From Phoronis australis (lineage: Eukaryota; Animalia; Phoronida), in the NCBI GenBank assembly GCA_002633005.1, contig NMRA01000027.1, positions 285,265-349,264 on the forward strand: a stretch of 64,000 nt of DNA. The letters run 5' to 3'. Within the stretch, counting starts at the first letter, position 1, and the number at the start of each line of letters is the position of its first letter. Positions 50,788 through 62,700 of the stretch are shown here, one piece after another. A program made the position numbers and the translations under genes. Under the pieces are notes generated by a model. That model did no database searches. It saw nothing but the letters and a program-made list of their open reading frames with translations, and was not told the origin of the DNA.

Positions 50788-53700
50788 ATGTCATTGGGTG
50801 ATGATGCATTTGAAAGACTAGCAAGAAGCCCAATAGCTCAGGTTAGTGTTCGCTGATGAAATGTTTCTTGTTAAGGTATTTTGTCACTTGCACGGGTCTA
50901 GCATTTTCATAGCCAGTTTTCTCCTGTGAATAACGGGCATCAAACTAGGTCTCAAAATCCAGGATCCATGTAAAGTGACTATTGGTCTTGTTGGTATTTT
51001 TTGACCTGTGCATCTATCTAATGTTTTGGTGGTTTTATAAGGCATCTAGTTTATTAGAACCCCACAGTATGTTCAATTCTCCCTGAGGGCTGTGGTCAGT
51101 CTACAAAGCTAGAACATCATATGTAGGATGACATACTTACCAAATTTGCACAGCGATACATTTATTTGTGAGGAGGTGACAAGCACATTTATTCAGAGTG
51201 ACTACTGCTTCTGCACTAAAAGTTCTAGACAGTATTTTAATCCTTGTTACATTGTGTGCATAGAATAGCGATTGTGACGTTCTTGGTGATAAGAATGTCA
51301 AAAATTTTCATTGTTTTTACTAAGCTCTTGTACGAGTTGAGTTGTTAGAAAGAGTTTAGCCCTTGTGTTTGTATGAAATAGCACTGGTCAAGATAGAACT
51401 GGTCAAGGTAGCACTGGTCAAGATAGCACTGGTCAAGTGATATGCTGTAGTAAAATCTTATCAATTTCGGACAAACGCTATTCCCAAAATTGTCCCTTTT
51501 CAAAGTCTTCTAGCATTGTTGTGAATGCTCACATGTTTTGTGGTAGCCATGGTGTAGCATATCTTGTGTTTTAAATCTGTGAGATTTTACCACATAACTA
51601 ACACCGGTTCATCCTTGCCCCTGCCACGTACGTTATTTCCTAATGTTGTTGCATTTCTCCACAGGCTGTCACTCATTCTTTGAAGTACAACACCCCTCTA
51701 GATTATGCTGTCTTGTCTACTGAGCCTAAGATTCTTCATTCCCAAAAGAAAGTGACGATAATCCAACACGAAAGAGACAACAAAGGATTTCTCACCCCTA
51801 AGGTGACATACATTTTTAGTACATGCTTCTGATCTGCCATGTTGAGTAGTTACTTCTTAAATATCCACTTTAGGTACAGATGCCTCTGGATTATAAGAGT
51901 TGTTTAAGCTTGTCTGGCTGCCATGGTGAAATTGCCAAAGTAAAACAGTAGAACTTTTTTATGCGCCCACATATTTATATGTGGACGCATTATGCCGTCA
52001 TCTGCGTCTGTCCGTCCGTCGGGGCGGCGTCCGTCCGGCGTCTGCTGCTCTATCTCCAAAACCGATTAAGGTATGTTCATGAAATTTTGCACATGTGTTC
52101 CTTTCATGGATGGTACGGCTTGAGCGAACTTTCGAACAGATTCAGCTACCAGTGTGCCCCCTAGTGGCAATTTTACTTTTTAAGCTTACCTTTGTATCTT
52201 CAAAAGCCCTAAACGGATTTTCATGAAATTTGGTATGTAGGCATCTATTAGTTAGATTATGCTATCCTCCCATTTTCGGATGGATTCAACGTAGTTTCCG
52301 CCACCTAGTGGCCATTTTTTACTGTTTTCGAGTCTGTTTTTTGCGTCCACCCCTCTATCAACGAAACTGCTCAAAGGATGATTGTGAAAATTGGCATGTG
52401 CTTACTATAAAGAGGACGTTTGACGATGATTTTCCGATTTCGACTACTGTGGCACCTCCTAGTGGTAGTTTTTTTTAACGCCTATGGCTGTATCTCCTAA
52501 ACCGTTCGCAGGATCTTTACTTACTATAGCAAGTGTATTCATATGATGTTGACTACGGATGACGACGGCTTTCGGACAGATCTGACTACTGCTGTGCCCC
52601 CTAGTGGCAATTTTAGTTTTTTACGTTTAACTCTGTTTCTTCAAAGGTCCTCAACAGATTTTCATAAAATTTTAAATATAGACATCTATTGGTGTGATGA
52701 CGCTATCTTCCTGTTTTTCGATGGAGTCGAGGTATTTTGCACCGTCTAGTGGCCATTTATGCTGTTTTCAAATCTTGTTTTTGGTGTCCAGCCCTGTATC
52801 AACCAAATCCTTTGAATATTGGCATATATGTTCTCAGTGTGAAGACGACCTTTGATGATGGTGACTGACTACTGTGGCTCCTCCGAGTGGTAGTTTTGTT
52901 TTGCGCCCATAGTTGTATATTCTAAACCCACTGCAGGATCTTTACTACTAAGTGTATTTATATGAAGATAACAACAGACGACGACTTTCATGTGGATCCA
53001 ATGGACACTGTGCCCACTAGTGGCAATTTCATTTTATCCTGTTTTCCTTTGTTTCTCTGAAGTTCCTTTACAGATTTTTATGAAATATGGCATGTTCCTG
53101 TTTTTGGATGGATTGTATGTTTTTGCGCCATCTAGTGGCCATTTTTATGATACAAATAAATAACACTAAAAGCACACCATTTGCAATGCATTCGTGGGCG
53201 CATTTCAACGCTACGCGTTGCTCTTGTTTTAAAATGTGGTCAAATTTTGAATTTTTCAAATTGTGACCCAGCACGACAAAATGAGTCTTATGTCGGAAAC
53301 TCTATTTCCTGACCAGACTACAAACAGTCGCTATCGGTGAAAATTAGGTCAAAATTTTTTTATTGCAGATTATGATTATTTATTCATTCTTAGACTACTT
53401 CACAAAGCATTGCTTTAAAACAAGAAAACTTCATTTTAAGCCTTATTTATTTCATTTTGAAAAATATCACCTCCACGACTGCATAGCTGGTGAAATTTTC
53501 ATCAAAATTTGCCGGTTTTCGTGCCCCCATTGCTCAGTCACCTGATGACCCAATTTGCTCGTAAACACATCAACAAAAGGTTCAAACTCTGCTCATTGTG
53601 CATGTAGTAAATGCTTTGAATTTTTCGTCCAATCACAAGTCGTAATATCACTTTTTGCATTCGGGGTAAATTCAACAGAAGTGTCACTCACCAGTCTTTT

Positions 53701-56700
53701 ATCTAGCAACGACCTTTTAACCTCATACATCGCTGACCTCATTCGCTAGAACTATTTAAGTGGGCGTGAAACTGTGGGGTCGAGAGGTCACGGCATGTTT
53801 ACAAGACAGTAAGATGGCTGATCACCGTGTAGCTGATATCTCAGTTATTAACTCTTGCCTCTGACTGCCGTATCAAGTTCAGCGAAAATTAACTGAACTC
53901 ATCGAAGAGCACATTTGTGGATGGAGACAAGGAGGAATTTTGTGACACCGACGAGTCGTCTGACGGCAGCAACTCGTCACCAGCTGAGTTTCTTGATCGA
54001 CCCATCGCAAATACGGTTACGTTGGATTGGAACAAGCAGAACAGTCCGGATTAGCTTAATCGCAGAACAATGCCTTGTTCCTGCAAAGCCAGTGGATCGG
54101 GGTGCAAGCAGCTGCATATTACTGCAAGAGAGAACAATCTTCGATAGGGCTGAATCACTCGGTGAGAAGTCGAGGAAATCAGTGCTCTTCAGTCAGTGTC
54201 AGTGGACTTAGATAGGGATGAGTGATTGTCATTTTTTTTCAAAATTATGCTAGCGTAAAATTTTGAATTATTGTGAACAAAAGTCAGCTACTAATGCGTA
54301 TTTTGTAATCTACAGGACTTCATTTTATTAAACTTCTCCAAAGTACACTTTAACTACCTGTTTTACTTGCGGTAACCCCTCCTACCACAAGTGGACTGAT
54401 CCTGTATACATTAGCTGGGAAATTTATTGACCCAGTTGCAGCAACCCAACATGAATATCACTCCTTTTTGGCTGAAATTACGTAATAAGGTCTATATTTT
54501 TACTAATTTTTGATTACTTTTATTTGTTTATGTTGTTGTGTATACTAATAACTCTAAAATGTAGCATTCAATTGCAGGTGCTATGGAAATTTTAAATACA
54601 CTATCAGCACTTTTTCTTGGCCATTTTCCTTGACCTTTGAAAGCTCTAAATTTTCGCTGTCCCCGACTAGAATTGGCAATAACTCAGTTATTTGTTAAGA
54701 TAAGGACATGTTTCATACCTCAAAATGATCAGAAAATACTGTATTTTCAGAAAAAATAACAATTACAAAAATGTAAAATCCCTACTTAAGACTCATTTTG
54801 TGGTGCTGGGTCACAATTGGACACTTAATGTAAAAATTGAAAGCTAAGATCTACTTTTGCAGAGTCGACCTGTGAGAGCATCAAGTCCCAGTGTCGGCCA
54901 GTATCAAAGACAGCAAGTAGTGACCAGTCCTCTTACTCACCATCATAACAGTGAACCGTGTCAAGAAAGATCTTTCAGTTTCCCATCTTCCAGTGTTGTT
55001 CAGCCTCACAATAGTTTAGCAAGAAGTGCAACAGTCCCCAATTCCTCTAGCGCACTATCAACTGTCAGCTCTAAAGAGCCATTGTTGCGTACCAGCAGGG
55101 ATGTTAGTCTACATTCTGTTGGGAAGTCGATTGAACGATTACAATCACGACAACTTGAGGCCAAACTCACTGTAGATCTTTTCAAACCTCCAGCAGAGAG
55201 TGCAAGACTTGTTGAATCTTATTCATCGCACGTGCCTGTTGCCTCGGACAGCCATATTTTATTGGGCCTAAAGAGTCCTAACATCTCTAGACAGAGTTCA
55301 TTCGTCATTGATGAGGATTTGAAGGAGGAATTCACAAATGTTGATGCACATAGCAGATCTAATTCAACTGTCAGTGGTGACAGAAGGAATACAACACCAT
55401 TCTCATCACGAACTGGAAAAACAAGTAGTTTATTGAATTTGTTTAACAGCATCAAGTCTGGAGGCCCTGTCCTAACAGATACCAAGCTCAAGACGTTCAA
55501 TGGAACTCTAACGCATGTTGGCAACGATCAAGACGAGTTTTCCGAATCCAAAAAAACGTCAAAAATTGTTGAAAGTGTGAGCAAAACTAGCAAAAAAGTT
55601 GATGAAAATGATAGTGATTATGTGGAAAAATGTAACAGTGGCTCAGACGACGACTTTGAATTGATTACTCCTGCCAGTAAAACAGTAGCGATCACGTTGG
55701 ACAAAGTAAAACGAAGAACAACAAACGCAGTGTTGATACCTAGGAGTGAGATGAAAATGGGAGTAAATGAAACATCTAATTGTGATGCAAGCAAAGATTG
55801 TAAAACTCCAGTGACTGTTAAATCAAATCTTGATGCAAAATATAATGTTGACAGCAATGCAAAGGGAAAGGTAAGTTGGCGAAGTGTGATGAAGTCTCTG
55901 TTTGCAATGGGAACCTGCTGTTTCCTGTACAGTTGTATGTCACTGATCCTATCTTCACAAAATCGGAGAAATTTTAACACCAAAGTTTTTTTACCTATTA
56001 ATTTATAACAAGTGAATTAATTTTCTTCGGATTTGGGTCACATTTTTAGCCAAAACTTCAATAGGAGTAGTTGATTCCAACATTTTTTAAAGCTACCTTG
56101 TTTGGGCGGTCTTGGGTTACACAGCAGTAGAACTCTTCTTTGTCCCAGAGATAAAGCGCTTGACCTCGTTTTGGAAGTCAGGCACATATTCGTGTCTCTG
56201 ATTGATGTCGGAAAGACAAAGAATTTCACATCATGCATCCATGGGTATTTGTCTAGTTTATCAAATTTTCTCACATCAGAGTTGCAGCCCACAACACAGC
56301 AGTAATGCTTGGTTGTCATTGGAAGGATGAATAGAGTAATGCAACGCAGAAATATGTATAACGAATCAGACAACAAATAACATGTGAAATTTCAATGGGA
56401 CAAAAAGGAGGTAGCAAATGTGCCTGACGGCTGTTTGCGGCATTGTGGGTAATACAGTGAGATTCAAGTGTCGCTGTGTAATCTGGGAAGGTCCTATTCT
56501 TTGCCAAAACATGGCAGCAGGCCTTCATGCAGCCTACGTCCTGGGCGTCCAAATGGACGCCCTAGCGCTAATCTGAGCTCCCTGGTAAGGATGCCCAATG
56601 TATCATTTGGACCCCCACTGTCAATAGGAACCTTTCAAGTTTGGACTCACACATTGTAATGAATACTAGGAAGCCTCTGAAGGCTCACAGTGGGGGCTCT

Positions 56701-59700
56701 TTTTTCAAAGCAGGAAGAAATATACAATGTATATACAAAGTATATAAAATGTTGCTATTTTGACGCTTGATTGACAGCATTGTAAGTCTTGGTCTACAGT
56801 TTTTTTAGTAAAAATGCTCACCATAGAAGGCTGTTTTATAAACTTAGATGTAAAAACCTTGATCTATACATTTTTTGGAAAAAAATAGTGTGTGTTTGGG
56901 GGTATTGATGGGGATGGGGGGTTACGCATGGGAATCATGGACGCCCTGGAATATTGGGAACCCCATTTTGGACACCCTATTTTCAAAATCCTGGATAAAG
57001 GCCTGCATGGCAAACAAGTGAAATTGTCAAGTTACATGTATTTTTTGCACTTTGGGTCTGAAGTGAGGGTTCTTTTAAACATTTAAAGCAACTGAAGTAT
57101 GTAGTTACTCTCGAGTTCCGAATAGTTGTAGAGACAGCAATAATAGTATAGAACGGAAAATTTCACGATTTTTAATAATAGTAGAAAAGAGTTGGTTTAC
57201 GATTCAATTTGTCACACGTATGGGATGGTGTACTGACGTCAATGCTGCGCCGTTTAGCCAAAACGCCACCAATTGGCCAGAATAACGATAACGTCACAAG
57301 CCAAGCTGAAGTCTATGACATGCGGACGCAATGTCGCTAATTTTTGTAAGTTTTAATTCCAGTATCAGACTCAAACTTGATCTGTTTTCTCAACTGGATG
57401 TCTCAAATTTTCATGTTTCCTTTGAAAGGTTCGGCACTGTTCATTAATTGCACAGGAATTTGCACTTCGTTGACTGGCCGCGTTATCACCACGGCTCGTA
57501 TCTGTAGCTGGATTATTTGTCACACCAGCATCTGAATCAATGTCTGTATCTGGAGCATCTTGTGGTTTGTAAAATAATCCTCGATTTCTTTAGGCCTTGG
57601 CATGGCAGACGACATGATTAAGTATGTGGAATGCGCATGTCAATCATGACCGAAACCGCAGATGACACTGGCTGTGTAAAATTACTCTCCCAGGAAACGC
57701 AAACGTCGGGGACAGGCACAGTGAAGAGTTGTAATGGCTTGATCCATACATTAGAAAAATGAAGTTCCCAATGTTAGACAAATTTCTTAACATGTTGTGT
57801 GTTTTGTAGCTTATGAGTGTAATATTTCTAGGAACACATTAATGATGTCACGGTTTTTAATTTTGAGTCAACGTGAGGGTGTTTGCCAGTGCGAATGTTC
57901 TCAAGGATTTCACACTGCCCAACTCTTGCCCCGAGGAGGCCCCTCAGTAAGAGTCAAATTTTTAAAAACTTTTCGAAAAGACCGAAATGTTGACTAAAAT
58001 TACTGCTGTATTAGGTAGATCATAACCACAAGAATGAAACACTATCATGTTGCTCAAAACACTGAGCAAAGCATAATTTTAATAGTCGCATACAGCGGAC
58101 CCCCACTTTGAGAACCAGTGTTTTCTACTACATAACAAGAACCAGTTTTTCACTGAATAGCAGGCGTTAAAACATGTTCTCAAAATGCGGATTGCCAGAG
58201 AGTGACTATTGCCTGGATAACAATCCAACCCACCCAACACACAAGAAACCGTCAATTTGGGTTAAGTGACCCAACTTAAAATCTTTGAAGTACCCTGACC
58301 TCCCAATTTTGAAATGTGAGATGTTTTTTGCAACTACCCGGTAGTCATTTCAACGAACCAGGTTTTTTTAAAGTTCGCTTGCTTACAAAGTCTAACTTCA
58401 GGATGCTTTGATTACAGCGAACCATAGTAGTTTCTGAATGTTTTAGAATGGTTCGGGTTTTGCAATTAGACTGAAATTAATAGATTGTTGCAAACTGCAA
58501 CACTTGACATCATGTGAACATGGAAAGCAAAAAAATGAAACAGTCGACGAGTCGAGTCCAGGAGAGAGAGGACACTTGCATAGATTGCTCATGGCCAAAT
58601 GTGCCCCTCTGACCAGTGACTCAGGTATTGCAAAAGTCACCATGAAAGGGTGAATTTCCAAATAAATTCCACACAAAAATATTTACTTTTAGGGTTGAAC
58701 TGTAGTGTATAAAATGATCAATTTTTGCACCAAAACCACTGAATGTTTCATATACAACTGAGGCTTCTTGTGTTAAAAAGAATACAGTCCAGCTTTTTGC
58801 TGAAATTCAATTCCCTGTAAATAATATGCATAATTATGTTATCAGAAAAGTTGACTATTCCATTGAGGCTCTAACCAAAATGGGTCAGTTTTAATGACTG
58901 TGCCAACTACCAAAAGGATGAGGTTTTATCTTGCTGATTATACTAAAGAGTGGGTATAATTATAATTTCACAACAACAAACACCCTCCGAAATAATTGAA
59001 CACTTCTTACCACTGTAAGATGGCAGTCATTGCTGAATGGCACCGCCAAAAGCGATAAAGTCAGTCATAATAAAACTATTGCTAGACTACTTAATGTTTG
59101 TCTGTTTAGGACCATTGACTGCATTTCTATGCTCCTAACTTCTGTTAGTAGTGACAAGTGTGCCACTCCACTATGCAATGACAATGAATAATAGCAGAAT
59201 TTCAGCATATATCCTTATCTGACCCACTAGTTCAACCTTCACGGTATTTACGGGAGCTTATATATAACGTACATGAACATGTTAATATACGAGAGGGTGT
59301 TCTCTGAAAAGATCGAGACAATCTCCCGTGGCCGCGATGTACTCAGCCACTCCTTTCCCACTATTCGGTGCTATAGTACGCCTAAAATGACTGTTTTGTG
59401 GGTGGCCTAATTTCTTCCACAAATTATTTCGTAAAAAGTCACATCACTTCAGAATCCAGCATAGTATACAAGATAATTATCCTTAAAATGTTTCATATAC
59501 GTTACTGGTGATGTATTCTTTGACTCGTTAGCTTTGAAATGCGGGAGTTTGATAAAAACAGAGAGATTTAAACGGCTGTAAATCCATCGACATTCTTTTA
59601 CTGGAAGTTGCCATGTTGGTGAACTAGTTTGACCTATTAATTATACAACTGACCAATAGAATGCCTTGTTTCTTGAAATCGGAACAGCCAATGATATTTC

Positions 59701-62700
59701 AAGAATGCGGATGGAAAAGTGCCCTGTAGCAGACCCCAACCTATCTGGTGGGTCTGTGCAGGAGATTACATGTGACCATGGTACGATATCAGCCTCCTGT
59801 TCAGTAATGCTAGGACCTCGCTAAAAAGCAAGACTTCACGAAATTACGAGATATTTCGGTGTATTTTAAGTGAGAGCACGTGACTTAAGCTAGATTTTAG
59901 CTAGGTCCTAGCGTTACTGAACGTACGCCCGGTATCAACAGTAAAGTTTTTGTGTAACAAATTTGTATTGAATGAAACAAAATTGATGAACCAAATAAGG
60001 TGGAGCGCATGAAAAGTTTGGAAAATTAATAAACGTATAGACCCGAATAAGCGTTGTAGACCGGAAAACGAATGAAATAAATAATCATATAGATACGGCT
60101 ATTTGGAACTCGAGAATACAAGGGTGTTTAAAAATGAAAATGTGCAATATTCAAAGTTTAGTGTTTAATGTACCAAAGGTGTGATCCTGGATTAATACAG
60201 CATTTAGTTTCTTGTGAACATTTAGTTTTTCAGCCCTGGAGGCGTGCAGTCAGTGAGTGTTGTGGAATTAGAAGACTGGAACTTGGTGCCACTCTGGTCT
60301 TCTAAAGCTGTAGCTTTGGCTGGTCACAAGTTGTAAGTTATGCGACAGTTCAATGATACATTAGAAATTTCTCTCCTTCACTCTCTTGTGAATGACACTG
60401 TTAAAAAATTACCTTTTGGGCTTCTTTGGACTTTGTTTTTCTACATGTTATTTTCTGTTGTTCATTAAATCTTGAAAATATTATTACTTTAGAGGGACCG
60501 TACTAGTATACTTGTGTTTTGCTGGTCTCAACATGTTTTCCAGATGAGTTGGAGGGCTTGGAAGGAAGTGGCAGTTTGTTATTGCTTGAGAGCATTCTTG
60601 GTGCTAGCAATGACAAACTTGAGACCATTCTTGGTGCTTGCAATGATCTGTCATGACAAACTTGGGAGCATTCTTGGTGCTAGCAATGACCTGTCATGAC
60701 AAACTTGAGAGCATTCTTGGTGCTAACAATGACTCGTCATGACAAACTTGAGAGCATTCTTGGTGCTAACAATGACCTGTCATGACAAACTTGAGAGCAT
60801 TCTTGGTGCTAACAATGACCTGTCATAACAAACTTGTCGAGCCTGATCTCATGTTATAACAAACTGTCAATTCTATCAAAGCCCTGAAATCATCATTAAT
60901 TTCATTAAGTAATAGTTTGAGACCAATTTCATAACAGTAAGTGGGTAAATGTCTTAATTATAAGTTTAGTTGTGACATAGGCTGGGCTTATGGCTGCTTT
61001 AATGTTTATTTTGTTGTTGTACAACGTCTGTCATCACACACACAAAAAATACCCACTGACTATTTTTTAGCTGTATTACACTAGAGATATGTAGTCTTTG
61101 GTCTCTCAATGACATTGGGAAAATAGAAAATCACATATTTAGAGACAAATTTGTTGGTGACAGACATTTCATCCTGGAGCACCTGGCCTTTATCAATGAA
61201 TGGATTGATTCCCGCCGTACGCTTCTTAACTAGATTGTTGCACAGGGGAGATAACTGAGCAGCGCTGTCCTGGTTGGGAAAATATGCTGCATTCTCGTTA
61301 AAGTAACTATCATAATGAGGATGCAGTACTCCTTTGCCAGTGATTTTTCTATTTTCGCGATGTATTATTGCTGTATCATAACTTCTTAGTTCAACCAAAC
61401 AGTTTAGATAGGAAGAGGGGAATCTTACCACAACTTCCATTGGAAAATGTGCTACGTATGGGAAATAGCGCTACCAAGTGGCTGTGGTCACTGTGGTAGA
61501 TTCTATAAAGCTCAGTGTGTGGATATGCAATTTTGCGTGACTCCATCGCACACGATGCAACAGGTACACATGTAATCCTGAGTTGGTATCTGCTTCTATG
61601 GCTGTCATAAATTAGGCTTCACTTGCACACAATAATTCGGATGACATAAATAATATGGCTGTTTCCTGGTTTCAGAGGGACACCGGCAGATGAGTTGTGG
61701 CGTAGCACTGCCATCAAAGAGAGGCTGAACCAGCTGGTGGTGACTACTGCTAGCGGCACCATGTACATCCTAAAGGGACAGTTTAACAGGACATGTTCTC
61801 TGGAGGAAGGTAGGCTGCCAAAGAGAGGGTGGGACTGCTGTGACTGATGTGTCCAATGAGAGACTTGTTAGTCCAAGATGGGCAGGGCTTGGTGAGATGG
61901 ATGTGTCCAATGAGAGACTTGTTAGTCCAAGATGGGCAGGGCTTGGTGAGATGGATGTGTCCAATGAGAGACTTATTTGCATGAAAGAGGTGGGACTATC
62001 CAATGAGAGGCTTTCCTCTTTGTCTGTTTAAGAGGGAGGGGGTGGTTAAGACTGAGGTGTGCATTGAGAGACTTGTTTGTCTGAGAGAGATTTGGCTGCT
62101 TTGTCAAATGCATGAGCCGTGATTGACACCTGCTGCCACCTGAGTTGCTACTCAGTTGTGTGTTGAGGCTTTTGCTCTTCACAGCTCGTGATACGGAAAC
62201 ACATATTTGACTAGAGGTGAACTTAATGTCAGTTCCCCACCTTGATGAAAAGGCAACTGGGCTGGGATTCACACATACATTAATTGTGTCGTAGGACATC
62301 ATTTGATCTATGGCAGAAAGTAAAATGAAGGTCTTTCACACGTCACATAAAAGGACCAAAGTGAACTGAAGGTTTAATCAGTTGAAGTGTTTGTGTAATT
62401 TATGCAATTTTGCATTTGAGTGCTGCATCATTGTGCAGTTTAATCCACTGTTGGATGATAGTCATGGAATATCCTTGTGCGGTTTAATCCACTCTCTCAC
62501 CTAAGTCATAGACATCAGTAAACACATGAGAGTCAATTTGCATTGATTAGAATTTACCACTGGTATTTTCGAGTTTATTTCCTTATTCTAAACCCAGTAC
62601 AGTGGCGGATCTAGGATATCACAAGGGGGGGGCCCAACATTTTGTCCGGCAGCAAACATTTGTGCAAACTGAACAATTGTAGATTCGCATAGCACCGAAT

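Noticed and set aside
54857-56008. Stand-alone 383-aa gene
   Set aside because: It is an internal exon (acceptor before 54863, donor GTAAGT at 55871) of the SANTA-domain gene.
61081-61440. 119-aa minus ORF as a gene or LINE fragment
   Set aside because: Only a vague resemblance to a LINE ORF2 linker (IDKGQVLQDEMSVTNKF); no catalytic motif.
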